Assembly (NCBI GenBank): GCA_963725155.1
Contig: CAVRXU010000002.1
Location: 994,581-1,058,580 of the forward strand
Direction: 5' to 3'
DNA from: an uncultured Microthrixaceae bacterium
GTDB lineage: Bacteria > Actinomycetota > Acidimicrobiia > Acidimicrobiales > DATDAH01
DNA: 64,000 nt
Positions 45,957 to 55,934 of this stretch are shown piece by piece. The notes beneath the pieces are model-generated. The model had not been told where the DNA came from and made no database searches. It saw only the letters and a list, made by a program, of their open reading frames with translations. Position 1 is the first letter of the stretch. Every line of letters starts with the position of its first letter. A program made the translations under genes and the position numbers.

Positions 45957-47575
45957 ATGACGATCACCGGCCACGGGGGCGAGTTGGCGCTCGCCGCCCT
46001 CACCCCGTTCGGCGTGCGGGAGCTGTTCACCCTGTCCGGCGGCCACGTCTTCCCGCTGTACGACGCCGCCGTGAAGCAGGACGTGCGCATCGTCGACGTC
46101 CGCCACGAGCAGACCGCCACCTTCGCCGCCGAGGGCATGGCCAAGCTGACCCGCCGCCCCGGCGTGGCCGTGCTCACCGCCGGTCCCGGCGTCACCAACG
46201 GCATCAGCGCGGTGACCACGGCCCACTTCAACGGCTCGCCCCTGGTGGTGCTCGGCGGCCGGGCCCCGCAGGCCCGGTGGGGCGCAGGGTCCCTGCAGGA
46301 GTTCGACCACGTCCCCGTGCTGGCGCCCATCACCAAGATGGCGACGACGATCACGGATCCCAATCGGATCGTGGAGGAGATCGTCGGGCTGGCCGAACTG
46401 GCCGACGCGCCCACCGGGGGCCCGTGTTCGCCGACTTCCCGCTCGACGTGATCTTCGCCGACGGGTCGTCGCCGATGCCGGTGGGTCGGATCGTGCAGGT
46501 GCACGACGAGGTCGACGCTGACGAGCTCGACCGCGTGGGCGCCCTCATCGCCGCGGCGCAGCGGCCGGCCTTGATCGCGGGCTCCGACGTCTACTGGTCG
46601 GGGGCCTGGGAGGAGCTGCGGGAGGCGGTGGAGCGCCTCCGGGTCCCGACCTTCGTCAACGGCCTGGGCCGGGGCTGCCTGGCCGCTGACCACGAGCTGG
46701 CCTTCAGCCGGACCCGGAGCCTGCTCAAGACCGAGGCCGACCTCGTGATCGTCGTGGGCACGCCCCTCGACTTCCGCCTCTCCTTCGGCAAGTTCGGCGA
46801 TGCCCAAGTCGTCCACGTGGTCGACGACCCGAGCCTCCGGGCCGCCCACGTCGACGCGGCCGCGTCGATCGCCGGCAACATCGAGGCGGTCCTGCGCCAC
46901 TGGGCCGTCGGCCACTGGCCGGCGGCCGACCACGAGCCCTGGATCCAGCGTCTGCGGGACCTGGAGGCCAAGGCCGCGGCCGACGAGGCCCCGGGTCTGG
47001 AAGCCGACAGCTCGCCCATCAAGCCCTCCCGCATCTACGGCGAGGTCGGCCGGCGCCTCGACCGGGACGCCGTCGTGGTCAACGACGGTGGTGACTTCGT
47101 GTCGTACTCCGGCAAGTACATCGACTCCTACGAGCCCGGCTGCTGGCTCGACCCGGGCCCGTATGGCTGCCTGGGCACAGGCATGGGTTACGCCACCGCC
47201 GCCCGCATCGCCCGCCCGGACAAGCAGGTCGTCGTGATGATGGGTGACGGTGCGTCCGGCTTTTCCCTGATGGACGTCGACACGCTCGTCCGCCACGACC
47301 TCCCTGTGGTCATCGTCGTCGGCAACAACGGCATCTGGGGCCTGGAGAAGCATCCCATGCAGGCCATCTACGGCTACGACGTCGCCGCCGAGCTCACGCC
47401 GGGCACGAGGTACGACGACGTGGTGAAGGCCTTGGGCGGCGCCGGCGAGCTGGTCACCCGACCCGAAGACATCGGCCCCGCCCTCGACCGCGCGTTCGCC
47501 TCAGGCGTGCCCTACCTGGTCAACGTCCTGACCGACCCCGAGGACATCTACCCGAGGCAATCCAACCTGGGCTGA
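45957..47575 (+). CDS. ThDP-dependent acetolactate synthase-like enzyme (IlvG/2-hydroxyacyl-CoA lyase type), frameshift at ~46410
   Basis: FTLSGGH, DVRHEQ, TAGPGVTN, DPGPYGCLG.G, GDG..GFS..N; C-run one base short at gcgcccacc. Confidence 0.88.
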
Positions 47576-47644
47576 TCTGTCCGGGACTTTCCCGCCCGGA
47601 TCCGGCATCATGGGCATGTCGACATCTCTTCCCCGAAGGTCGTC

Positions 47645-48250
47645 ATGGTCGATATCGCAGTTGTGTCCGCGACCGCTCCGGTGTTCGTGGATCCTGGAGG
47701 TCGCCGTCGCCGGGTGCTGACGGCCGTCGGTGTGGGCGGCGCCCTTCTCTTGGCGACCTACCTGCTGGCCTTGATCGCGGCATTGACCGGAGCCCCGTGG
47801 GTCCCCGCGATCGGCCTGCCCGGCGTCGATGCTCCGGCGGCAGTGGTTCCGACCCCCGATGCCATCGCCTCCGCCGGGTTGATCGGGCGCGTGACCGAAT
47901 CAACGGGATCCGGCACGGCTGCCTCCGCCGTCGGTGACGGCGGGTCAGCGGACCCGTTCTCGACGCCGGTCACGACACCGTCGGCGGTCCCGCCGCCTGC
48001 CGCGCCGCCGCCTGCCGCGCCGCCGCCCGTTACCGCGCCGCCTCCTACGGCGCCGCCGGCCACGTCCCCGCCAGTTACCGCGCCGCCTCCTACGGCGCCG
48101 CCGGTGACGTCGCCGCCGGTGACGTCGCCGCCCGCCCCAACGACGACCCTTCCGCCCCAGACCAGCGCTTCGTCGACCGACCTGGAACGCGCCCGAACGG
48201 ACGGTGTCGGCGGTGGGAACGGTCGGGCCACAGCCGCCACGACGGGTTGA
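47645..48250 (+). CDS. Pro-rich membrane-anchored protein
   Basis: PVFVDP.GRRRR then TM, a pattern typical upstream of deacetylase-GT2 genes; PPVT/APPP repeats. Confidence 0.7.
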   Translation: MVDIAVVSATAPVFVDPGGRRRRVLTAVGVGGALLLATYLLALIAALTGAPWVPAIGLPGVDAPAAVVPTPDAIASAGLIGRVTESTGSGTAASAVGDGGSADPFSTPVTTPSAVPPPAAPPPAAPPPVTAPPPTAPPATSPPVTAPPPTAPPVTSPPVTSPPAPTTTLPPQTSASSTDLERARTDGVGGGNGRATAATTG

Positions 48251-50355
48251 CCAGTGAGGCCGAGGCCTGGCGGCGACGCTCGCCGCGGGCGCACTGGATC
48301 CTGCTGGGCCTGGTCGGGCTGGCGATCGGGGCCACTCTCGTCGTGAGCGGCTACACCTCTGGCGACACCAGCACCGGGACGGCCGACCCGTCCGACTCGG
48401 CGCCCGCGGGAGAGCCCTTCACGTCGGCTGGACCGGTGTTGGATCTCCGCGGTGACGAGCTGCAATCGGTGGCGACGCCGGCGAAGACCGTTGTCCTGAC
48501 CTTCGACGACGGGCCGGACCCCGAGTGGACCCCCGCTGTCCTGGACGTCCTGGCCCGTCATGGCGTCCGCGCCACGTTCTTCGTCCTCGGCCAGCAGGTG
48601 ACCGCCCACCCTGACCTGGTGCGGGCGGAGATCGCCGCCGGCCACGAGGTCGGCGTCCACACCTACAACCACCCTGATCTGTCGACCCTGCCGGCCTGGC
48701 GGGTCAACCTCGAGCTGTCGCTGAGCCAGAGCGTCCTCGCCGGCGCCACCGGTCTCCACGTCGGGTTGTTCCGCCCGCCGTATTCGTCGACGCCGGACGC
48801 CCTCGACGTCGACGACGTGGAGGTCCTCCAGCAGGTCGCCGACCGGGGCTACCTCACCGTCGTGGCCGATCTCGACAGCGGGGACTGGCGCCGGCCCGGC
48901 ATAGAGCAGATCGTGGCTGACGCCACGCCGGCCGGTGAGGACGGCGCCATCGTCCTCTTTCACGACGGCGGCGGTGATCGTGTGCAGACCGTGGCGGCGG
49001 TCGATCGGTTGATCTCTGATCTTCAGGGCCGGGGCTACGAGTTCGCCACCGTCGGCGAACTGCTCGACGGTGGCGACGGCGCCGTGATGGCCGAGGTCAG
49101 CGCACGCCAAAAGTGGCAGGGCCGGGTGGCCATGGCCGTCATCAAGGCCTCACAGGCAGCCACCCGGTTGCTGGCGTTGTCCCTCGTCCCCATCGGGATC
49201 CTCGCCGTCGCGCGGGCTGTCATCGTCGGCCATCAGGTCCGACGAATCCGCCGCCGTCGGGTGGTGGCGGCCGCGGGGCCCGTCCCGTCGGTCAGCGTCG
49301 TGGTGCCGGCCTACAACGAGGAGGCGGGCATCGGGGCGACGGTCCGATCGTTGCTGGACGCCACGCACCGGGACGTCGAGATCGTGGTCGTCGATGACGG
49401 GTCCACCGACGACACGGCAGCCATCGTCGACCAGTTCGCGGCAGAGGGCGTCCGCCTGGTCCGGCAGTCGAATCAGGGGAAGGCCGCGGCTCTGGCTGCG
49501 GGCATCGACGCAACCGAACGCGACCTGATCGTGACCGCCGATGGGGACACGATCTTCGAGCCCGGCGCCATCTCCGCACTGGTCGTCCCGTTCGACGATG
49601 CTCGGGTGGGGGCGGTGAGTGGCAACACGAAGGTCGGCAACCGGAGCGGCATCGTGGGGCGGTGGCAGCACATCGAGTACGTGATGGGCTTCAACCTCGA
49701 CCGCCGGATGTACGAAGGGCTGGACTGCATGCCCACGGTTCCCGGCGCCGTCGGTGCCTTCCGGCGCCAGGCCGTGGAGGCGGCCGGTGGTACGTCCGAC
49801 GACACGCTGGCCGAGGACACCGATCTCACGATGGCCATCCAACGAGCCGGTTGGCGGGTCGTCTACGCCCAGGACGCGGTGGCCTGGACCGAGGCCCCGG
49901 CCTCCCTCGGGGGCCTGTGGCGGCAGCGCTATCGCTGGTGCTACGGCACCCTGCAGGCCATCTGGAAGCACCGGGCGGCGCTCCGTGACCGATCGTCACG
50001 CCTCGGTCGCCGAGGTCTGCCCTACCTGATCTGCTTCCAGGTCCTGTTGCCGATCCTGGCCCCCCTGCTCGACCTCTACACGCTCTACGCCATCGTGTTC
50101 CTGGACCCGTGGCCGGTGCTGGCCTACTGGTTCGCCTTCACGGCCCTGCAGCTGGGCATCGCCGTCTACGCCTTCCGCCTCGACGGTGAATCACTCCGGC
50201 CACTCTGGGCGCTCGGCCTCCAGCAGTTCGTCTATCGCCAGCTGATGTACCTGGTCGTCATCCAGTCGATGATCACCGCGGCGGTCGGGATCGCACTGCC
50301 GTGGCAGCGAATCGAGCGTTCGGGCACGGCCGGGGAGGCCATCCCGGTCAGGTGA
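48247..50355 (+). CDS. Bifunctional polysaccharide deacetylase / GT2 synthase (PNAG-like)
   Basis: TFDDGP, HTYNH, RPPY, LFHDGG; DDGS, DGD, AEDTD, QRYRW; C-terminal TMs. Confidence 0.92.
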   Translation: MTSEAEAWRRRSPRAHWILLGLVGLAIGATLVVSGYTSGDTSTGTADPSDSAPAGEPFTSAGPVLDLRGDELQSVATPAKTVVLTFDDGPDPEWTPAVLDVLARHGVRATFFVLGQQVTAHPDLVRAEIAAGHEVGVHTYNHPDLSTLPAWRVNLELSLSQSVLAGATGLHVGLFRPPYSSTPDALDVDDVEVLQQVADRGYLTVVADLDSGDWRRPGIEQIVADATPAGEDGAIVLFHDGGGDRVQTVAAVDRLISDLQGRGYEFATVGELLDGGDGAVMAEVSARQKWQGRVAMAVIKASQAATRLLALSLVPIGILAVARAVIVGHQVRRIRRRRVVAAAGPVPSVSVVVPAYNEEAGIGATVRSLLDATHRDVEIVVVDDGSTDDTAAIVDQFAAEGVRLVRQSNQGKAAALAAGIDATERDLIVTADGDTIFEPGAISALVVPFDDARVGAVSGNTKVGNRSGIVGRWQHIEYVMGFNLDRRMYEGLDCMPTVPGAVGAFRRQAVEAAGGTSDDTLAEDTDLTMAIQRAGWRVVYAQDAVAWTEAPASLGGLWRQRYRWCYGTLQAIWKHRAALRDRSSRLGRRGLPYLICFQVLLPILAPLLDLYTLYAIVFLDPWPVLAYWFAFTALQLGIAVYAFRLDGESLRPLWALGLQQFVYRQLMYLVVIQSMITAAVGIALPWQRIERSGTAGEAIPVR

Positions 50356-50725
50356 GCTTGTCGAGGAAGCGCTCGGTGTCGACGATGACCCGGGTCACGC
50401 GGCCCACGGCCACGAGCCCCCGGTCGTCGTTGACCGACACCGTGAAGGTCAACCGCCGGCCCTGAACCGCCTCGAGCGTGGCTTCGGCCGTGACCCGTTG
50501 GCCCACCGGCGTCGGGGCGAGGTGGTCGACCTGGACCCGCTGGCCGACCGTGGTCGCGCCGTCGGCGAGGCGGCCCTCGATGACCAGGATGCACGCCTCC
50601 TCGCTGAGGGCGATGACCCTCGGGGTGGCCAAGCAAGGCACGGAACCGGATCGCATCGCGATGGCGGTGTCGGCGTCGCCGACGTCCAGGTCGACCGACG
50701 CACTCGAACCCGGTTCCAGAGGCAC
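50348..50725 (-). CDS. FlK-like hotdog thioesterase
   Basis: LATP..IA..E.A, TVG..V.VDHLAPTPVG (Thr-Glu-His triad). Confidence 0.85.
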   Translation of the reverse strand: MPLEPGSSASVDLDVGDADTAIAMRSGSVPCLATPRVIALSEEACILVIEGRLADGATTVGQRVQVDHLAPTPVGQRVTAEATLEAVQGRRLTFTVSVNDDRGLVAVGRVTRVIVDTERFLDKLT

Positions 50726-50811
50726 CTGGCTACCCTACGAGCGCCACTCTCCGTGGGGCCAGCCCCAGTGTTCGCGGGGCGTGGACGACAGCCCTCGAAC
50801 CCCCGGAGCGC

Positions 50812-52215
50812 ATGGTGACCCTGGTCCCCGAAGACGTCATGGAACGGGTGCTCGGCACCGCCCTCAACACCGGCGGTGACTTCGCCGAGGTGTTCGCCGA
50901 AGACCGGCAGGCCGGGTCGGCCACCCTCGACGACGGCAAGGTCGAGGAGCTCAGCTCCAGCCGTGACCGGGGCGCCGGCATCCGGGTCGTCACCGGCGAG
51001 ACCACCGGCTTCGCCCACACCGCCGACCTGACCGAGGAGGGCCTGGTCGCCGCCGCCGAGGCCGCGGCGGCCGCGGCCCGGGGCGGTTCCGGCGGCGTCA
51101 CCACCGTCGACCTGACCCGGCGCGACGTGGCTCACCCCAGCGTGGTCACCGTCGCCCCCTTCGACGTGGGCAAGGGCACCAAGGTCGAGCTCCTGGCCAC
51201 AGCTGATGAGGCTGCCCGCCAGGCGGGATCCGCCATCAGCCAGGTCATGGCCCGTTACGCCGACTCCCGCCGGCGCATCCAGATCGCCAACTCCGACGGT
51301 CTCCTCACCGGTGACGACCAGACCCGCACGCTCTTCTCGGTGTCGTGCGTGGCCACCGGTGACGCCGGCATGCAGACCGGGCGCGAGTCCATCGGCCACA
51401 CCATCGGCTTCGAGCTCTTCGACCGCTACGACGTGGCCGAGCTGGCCCGCCGGGCCGCCGACCGGGCGCTGACCAAGCTCAACGCCCGCCCCGCGCCCAG
51501 CGGCACCGTCCCCGTGGTCATCGGCAGGGGCGGCGGCGGCGTGCTGTTCCACGAAGCATGTGGGCATGGCCTGGAGGCCGACCTGGTGGGCAAGAGCGCC
51601 TCGGCCTTCCGGGGCAAGGTGGGCGAGCTGGTCGCCAGCCCGCTGATCACGCTGGTCGACGACGGCACCATCGCCGACGAGTGGGGCTGCTTCGGCGTGG
51701 ACGACGAGGGCCGCCCGGCGCAGCGCAACACGCTGATCGAGGACGGGATCCTGACCGACTACATGTGGGACTTCCTGCGGGCCCGCAAAGAGGGCCGAGA
51801 GTCCTCGGGCAACGGTCGCCGCCAGAGCTACCGCCACCTGCCCATGGTCCGCATGACCAACACGTTCATCCTCAACGGCGAGGACGACCCCGACGACATC
51901 GTGGCCTCGACCGAGAGCGGGGTCTACGTGGCCCAGCTGGGCGGCGGCCAGGTCAACACCGCCACGGGCGACTTCGTCTTCGGCATGACCGAGGCCTACC
52001 TGATCGAGAACGGCGAGATCACCGAGCCGCTCCGCGAGGGCAACCTGATCGGGAACGGCCCCGAGGTCCTGCAGCGCATCGACGCCCTGGGCAACGACTT
52101 CGAGTTCGGCCCCCCGGGGACCTGCGGCAAGGACGGCCAGGGCGTGCCCGTGGGCGACGGGGTCCCCACCCTGCGGGTCTCGGCCCTCACCGTCGGCGGC
52201 ACCGCCGCCGCTTGA
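50812..52215 (+). CDS. tldD: TldD metalloprotease
   Basis: HEACGHGLEAD, GNGRRQSY..P..RMTN, GGGQV, CGK.GQ.VPV. Confidence 0.95.
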   Translation: MVTLVPEDVMERVLGTALNTGGDFAEVFAEDRQAGSATLDDGKVEELSSSRDRGAGIRVVTGETTGFAHTADLTEEGLVAAAEAAAAAARGGSGGVTTVDLTRRDVAHPSVVTVAPFDVGKGTKVELLATADEAARQAGSAISQVMARYADSRRRIQIANSDGLLTGDDQTRTLFSVSCVATGDAGMQTGRESIGHTIGFELFDRYDVAELARRAADRALTKLNARPAPSGTVPVVIGRGGGGVLFHEACGHGLEADLVGKSASAFRGKVGELVASPLITLVDDGTIADEWGCFGVDDEGRPAQRNTLIEDGILTDYMWDFLRARKEGRESSGNGRRQSYRHLPMVRMTNTFILNGEDDPDDIVASTESGVYVAQLGGGQVNTATGDFVFGMTEAYLIENGEITEPLREGNLIGNGPEVLQRIDALGNDFEFGPPGTCGKDGQGVPVGDGVPTLRVSALTVGGTAAA

Positions 52216-52304
52216 ACTGTGCTGACGACTCTTCGCCTGACGGCTCATCGTGGCGACGCCTGCCTGCGCCGTCCCGTCGCTGACGCGCCGGGCTCCGACC
52301 GCTG

Positions 52305-53648
52305 ATGCAGGACGAGCTCTACGCCATCGCCGACCGTCTTGTCGCCCGGGCCCAGCCCGGGGAGCAGGTCGAAGTCGTCGTCGCCCACTCCAAGGACACC
52401 GAGGTCCGGGTCTACGAGGGTGAGATCGAGTCGCTCTCGGTGGCCGAGTCCCAGGGCGTCGGCATCCGGGTCGTCGCCGATCAGCGCCAGGGCTTCGCCT
52501 CGGCCGGCACCTTCGACGCCGAGGCCCTCGACGAGATGCTGGACGAGGCGCGGGACAACGCCCGCTTCGCGGAGCCCGACGAGTACCTCGGCCTGACCGG
52601 GCCCGACGGCGTCGACGCGGCCGAGCTGGACCTCTGGTCCGAGGACCTGGCCGCCACCGACACCGAGGCCAAGATCGATCTGGCCCTCGCCCTCGAGCGG
52701 GTGGTCAAGGCCGGTGACGCCCGCATCATCGGCTTGGAGTCGGCCGAGTACGCCGACTCCATGGGCACGTCGGTCGTGGTGTCGTCGACCGGGGTTCGCT
52801 CCGGCGGCGCCGAGACGGTCTGTGACCTCGTGGCCTACGCCCTGGCCGAAGAGGCGGGCGAGACCCAGACCGGCTTCGGCTTCTCCGTCGGCCGCTCGCC
52901 CGGCGAGCTGGACGTCGACGAGGCCGCGGCAGACGCCGTCTACCGTGCGACTCGCCTCCTGGGGGCGACCAAGCCGCCGTCCCAGCGCGTGACCGTGGTC
53001 CTCGACCCCTTCGTCACGGCCCAGTTCCTGGCCATCGTCGGCAGCACGTTGTCGGGCGACGCCGTGCTCAAGGGACGTTCGCCGTTCGGCGACCGGGTCG
53101 ACGAGGTCATCGCCGCCCCGTCCATCACCTTCGTCGACGACCCCACCGACGCCCGGGCTTTCACCGCCGGTACCCATGACGGCGAGGGCCTGGCCACCCG
53201 GCGCAACGTCCTCGTCGACGAGGGGCGGCTGACCGGCTTCGTCCACGACGCCTACAGCGGCCGCCGCTCTGGCGCGGCGTCGACCGGCTCGGCCGTGCGC
53301 TCGTCCCGGAGCACGCCGATGGCCGGCTGCCAGGCCATCAGCGTCCTGCCCGGCGACCGCACCCAGGAGGAGCTGCTGGCCGCGGTCGGCGACGGCCTGC
53401 TGGTGGCCGACGTGGCCGGCCTGCACTCTGGCGTGAACCCGGTCAGCGGCGACTTCTCCACCGGGGCCGACGGCCTCTGGATCAAGGACGGCCAGCTCGC
53501 GGGTCCGGTGCGGGAGTTCACCATCGCCTCGACCCTGCAGCGCATGCTCCAGGACGTCGTGGCCGTCGGTAGTGACCTGACCTGGCTGCCCATGTCGGCT
53601 GCAGGCGTGACCCTGGTCATCGGCGACGTGTCCGTCTCCGGGGTCTGA
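52305..53648 (+). CDS. pmbA: PmbA/TldE paralogue 1
   Basis: DDP, D.EG, GLHSGVNPVSGDFS; lacks HExxxH. Confidence 0.9.
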   Translation: MQDELYAIADRLVARAQPGEQVEVVVAHSKDTEVRVYEGEIESLSVAESQGVGIRVVADQRQGFASAGTFDAEALDEMLDEARDNARFAEPDEYLGLTGPDGVDAAELDLWSEDLAATDTEAKIDLALALERVVKAGDARIIGLESAEYADSMGTSVVVSSTGVRSGGAETVCDLVAYALAEEAGETQTGFGFSVGRSPGELDVDEAAADAVYRATRLLGATKPPSQRVTVVLDPFVTAQFLAIVGSTLSGDAVLKGRSPFGDRVDEVIAAPSITFVDDPTDARAFTAGTHDGEGLATRRNVLVDEGRLTGFVHDAYSGRRSGAASTGSAVRSSRSTPMAGCQAISVLPGDRTQEELLAAVGDGLLVADVAGLHSGVNPVSGDFSTGADGLWIKDGQLAGPVREFTIASTLQRMLQDVVAVGSDLTWLPMSAAGVTLVIGDVSVSGV

Positions 53649-53653
53649 CGCCG

Positions 53654-54994
53654 TTGCCCGACCTGCGGGAGCTGGCCCAGGGCATCGCCGCCCGGGCCGA
53701 AGCGGGGGAGGAGCTGGAGGCTTTCGTGGCCCGCAGCACCTCGCTGTCGGCCAAGGCCTACGACGGCGAGGTCGAGTCGTTCACGTCCTCGGAGTCCGTC
53801 GGCGTCGGCATCCGGGTCATCCGGGACGGCCGGATGGGCTTCGCCTCCGCCGGCACCTTCGACCCCGAGGTCCTGGACGACACGCTGGCTGAGGCCCGGG
53901 ACAACGCCCGCTACGCCGAGCCCGACGAGTTCGTCGGCCTGGTGGAGCCCGACGGCGTCGCCCCGCCGGAGCTGGACCTGTGGCGCGACGACCTGGCGTC
54001 GACGTCGACCGAGGCCAAGGTGCAGATGGCCCTCGACCTGGAGGCCGCCATTCGAAGCGCCGACCCGCGGATCGTCGGGGTGCGCACGGCGGCGTACGGC
54101 GAGGCGTCGGGCGAGGCCGCGGTCGCCAGCAGCCGGGGCCTCGTCGTCGGCTCCCGGGGTACGTCCTGCTCGCTGGGGGCCAGCGCCCTGGCTCGGGAGG
54201 GCGACGAGACCCAGATCGGGGGCGGCTCGACCATCGGCCGCGCGGTGGCCGACCTCGATCCCGACGAGGCCGTGGCCGACGCCGTCCTGCGGGCCACCCG
54301 TCTGCTCGGCGCCAAGCAGCCGCCGACGGGCCGTCTCACCATCGTCCTCGAGCCCCGCCTGGCCGCGACCCTGCTCGGCATCGCCGGGGGCACGCTCACC
54401 GGCGACCGAGTGCTGAAGGGGCGCTCCCCGTTCGCCGACCGGGTGGGGGAGGCCATCGCCTCGCCGCTCCTCACGCTGGTCGACGACCCCACCGACCCGC
54501 GCTCCTTCGGGGCCGACAGCCACGACGGTGAAGGCCTGGCCACCCGGGTCAACCCGCTGATCACCGACGGTGTCCTGCAGGGCTTCCTCCACGACGGCTA
54601 CACCGGCCGCCGGTCGGGGACGGCCTCGACCGGCTCGGCGGTGCGAGGGTCCCGCTCGACGCCGGCTCCGGGCTGTCAGGCGCTGGTGATGGTGCCCGGC
54701 GACCGGTCGCCCGAGGACCTGCTGGCCGACGTCGACCTGGGCCTGTTCGTCCAGTCCTTCACCGGCTTGCACTCTGGGGTCAACCCCGTGAGCGGGGACT
54801 TCTCGGTGGGCGCCGACGGCCTGATGATCCGGGACGGCGCCCTCGCCGAGCCCGTGCGCGAGATCACCCTGGCCACGACCCTGCAGCGCCTCCTGCTCGG
54901 CATCGTGGCGGTGGGCGACGACCTCGACTGGCGCTCCGGCGGCACCACGGCGGCGACCATGGTCATCAACGACGTCTCCATGAGCGGCCGCTGA
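53654..54994 (+). CDS. pmbA: PmbA/TldE paralogue 2
   Basis: Colinear with the upstream paralogue; same motifs; lacks HExxxH. Confidence 0.9.
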   Translation: MPDLRELAQGIAARAEAGEELEAFVARSTSLSAKAYDGEVESFTSSESVGVGIRVIRDGRMGFASAGTFDPEVLDDTLAEARDNARYAEPDEFVGLVEPDGVAPPELDLWRDDLASTSTEAKVQMALDLEAAIRSADPRIVGVRTAAYGEASGEAAVASSRGLVVGSRGTSCSLGASALAREGDETQIGGGSTIGRAVADLDPDEAVADAVLRATRLLGAKQPPTGRLTIVLEPRLAATLLGIAGGTLTGDRVLKGRSPFADRVGEAIASPLLTLVDDPTDPRSFGADSHDGEGLATRVNPLITDGVLQGFLHDGYTGRRSGTASTGSAVRGSRSTPAPGCQALVMVPGDRSPEDLLADVDLGLFVQSFTGLHSGVNPVSGDFSVGADGLMIRDGALAEPVREITLATTLQRLLLGIVAVGDDLDWRSGGTTAATMVINDVSMSGR

Positions 54995-55017
54995 CGAGGG
55001 GGTGGGAGGATCGGGGG

Positions 55018-55899
55018 ATGAGCGACCCGGTCATCATCGAAGCGGCGATCAACGGGGTGACGAGAAAGGCTGAAAACCCCCACGTGCCGGTCGAGCCCGA
55101 GGAGATCGCCGCTGACGCCATCGCCTGCTTCGCCGCGGGGGCGGCCATCGTCCACAACCACATCGACCGCTTCGGCCTCCCTGGACCGGAGGCGGCTGAC
55201 CGCTACCTCGAGGCGTGGCGCCTGGTGCTGGCCGAGCGACCCGATGCCCTGCTCTACCCGACGACGAACGCCGGGGCGACCGTCGAGGAGAGCTACGCCC
55301 ACGTCACCCCGCTGGCCGAGGCCGGCGTGCTCCGACTGAGCCTGGCCGACCTCGGCTCGGTCAACCTCGGCGGGGCCGAGCCCGACGGCGTGCCCACCGG
55401 CGACTGGGTGTACCGCAACAGCTTCAGCGACGCCCACCACATGTTCGCCCTCTGCGAGAAGTACAGCCTGGGTCCCAGCCTCGCGGTGTTCGACCCCAGC
55501 TGGCTTCGGGCCATCCTGGCCTGGCACCACGCCGGGCGGCTCCCGCCGGGGGCGATGGTCAAGCTCTACTTCGGCGGCGAGCGGGGCTATCTCGGTGGCG
55601 CCCCCTTCGGCCTGCCGCCCACCGAGGCGGCGCTCGCCGCGTATCTCGAGCTGCTCGAGGGGACGGGCCTGGCGTGGTCGGTGTCGGTGTTCGGCGACGA
55701 CCTGCTGTCGACGCCGTTGGTCGACGCCGCGCTGGCCCAGGGTGGTCACCTTCACCTCGGCCTGGAGTGCTTCGCCGGCGCCGCCGACGCGCCACCGACC
55801 AACGTCGACCTGGTGGCGGCGGCCGTGGTCCGCGCCGACGGTGCCGGCCGCCCCGTCGCCACCCCCGACGAGACCCTGGCCCTCCTCGGCTTGACCTGA
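55018..55899 (+). CDS. Beta-keto acid cleavage enzyme (BKACE/DUF849)
   Basis: IIE.AING, NPHVP..PEEI, AGAAIVHNH, GGH..LGLE. Confidence 0.88.
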   Translation: MSDPVIIEAAINGVTRKAENPHVPVEPEEIAADAIACFAAGAAIVHNHIDRFGLPGPEAADRYLEAWRLVLAERPDALLYPTTNAGATVEESYAHVTPLAEAGVLRLSLADLGSVNLGGAEPDGVPTGDWVYRNSFSDAHHMFALCEKYSLGPSLAVFDPSWLRAILAWHHAGRLPPGAMVKLYFGGERGYLGGAPFGLPPTEAALAAYLELLEGTGLAWSVSVFGDDLLSTPLVDAALAQGGHLHLGLECFAGAADAPPTNVDLVAAAVVRADGAGRPVATPDETLALLGLT

Positions 55900-55934
55900 C
55901 CCGATCTCTCGTTCTGGCTCCAGAACGGGTGGGG
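55900..55934. repeat. Internally deleted copy of the GTTCTGG..CCAGAAC element; probable bidirectional terminator
   Basis: cccgatctctcgttctgg-ct-ccagaacgggtggg between convergent genes. Confidence 0.65.

Noticed and set aside
46400-46425. Programmed frameshift in the ThDP enzyme
   Set aside because: A one-base loss in a C run with no slippery heptamer; sequencing error is more parsimonious
50812-55899. RiPP biosynthetic cluster around tldD/E
   Set aside because: No precursor peptide, YcaO, radical SAM maturase or transporter nearby
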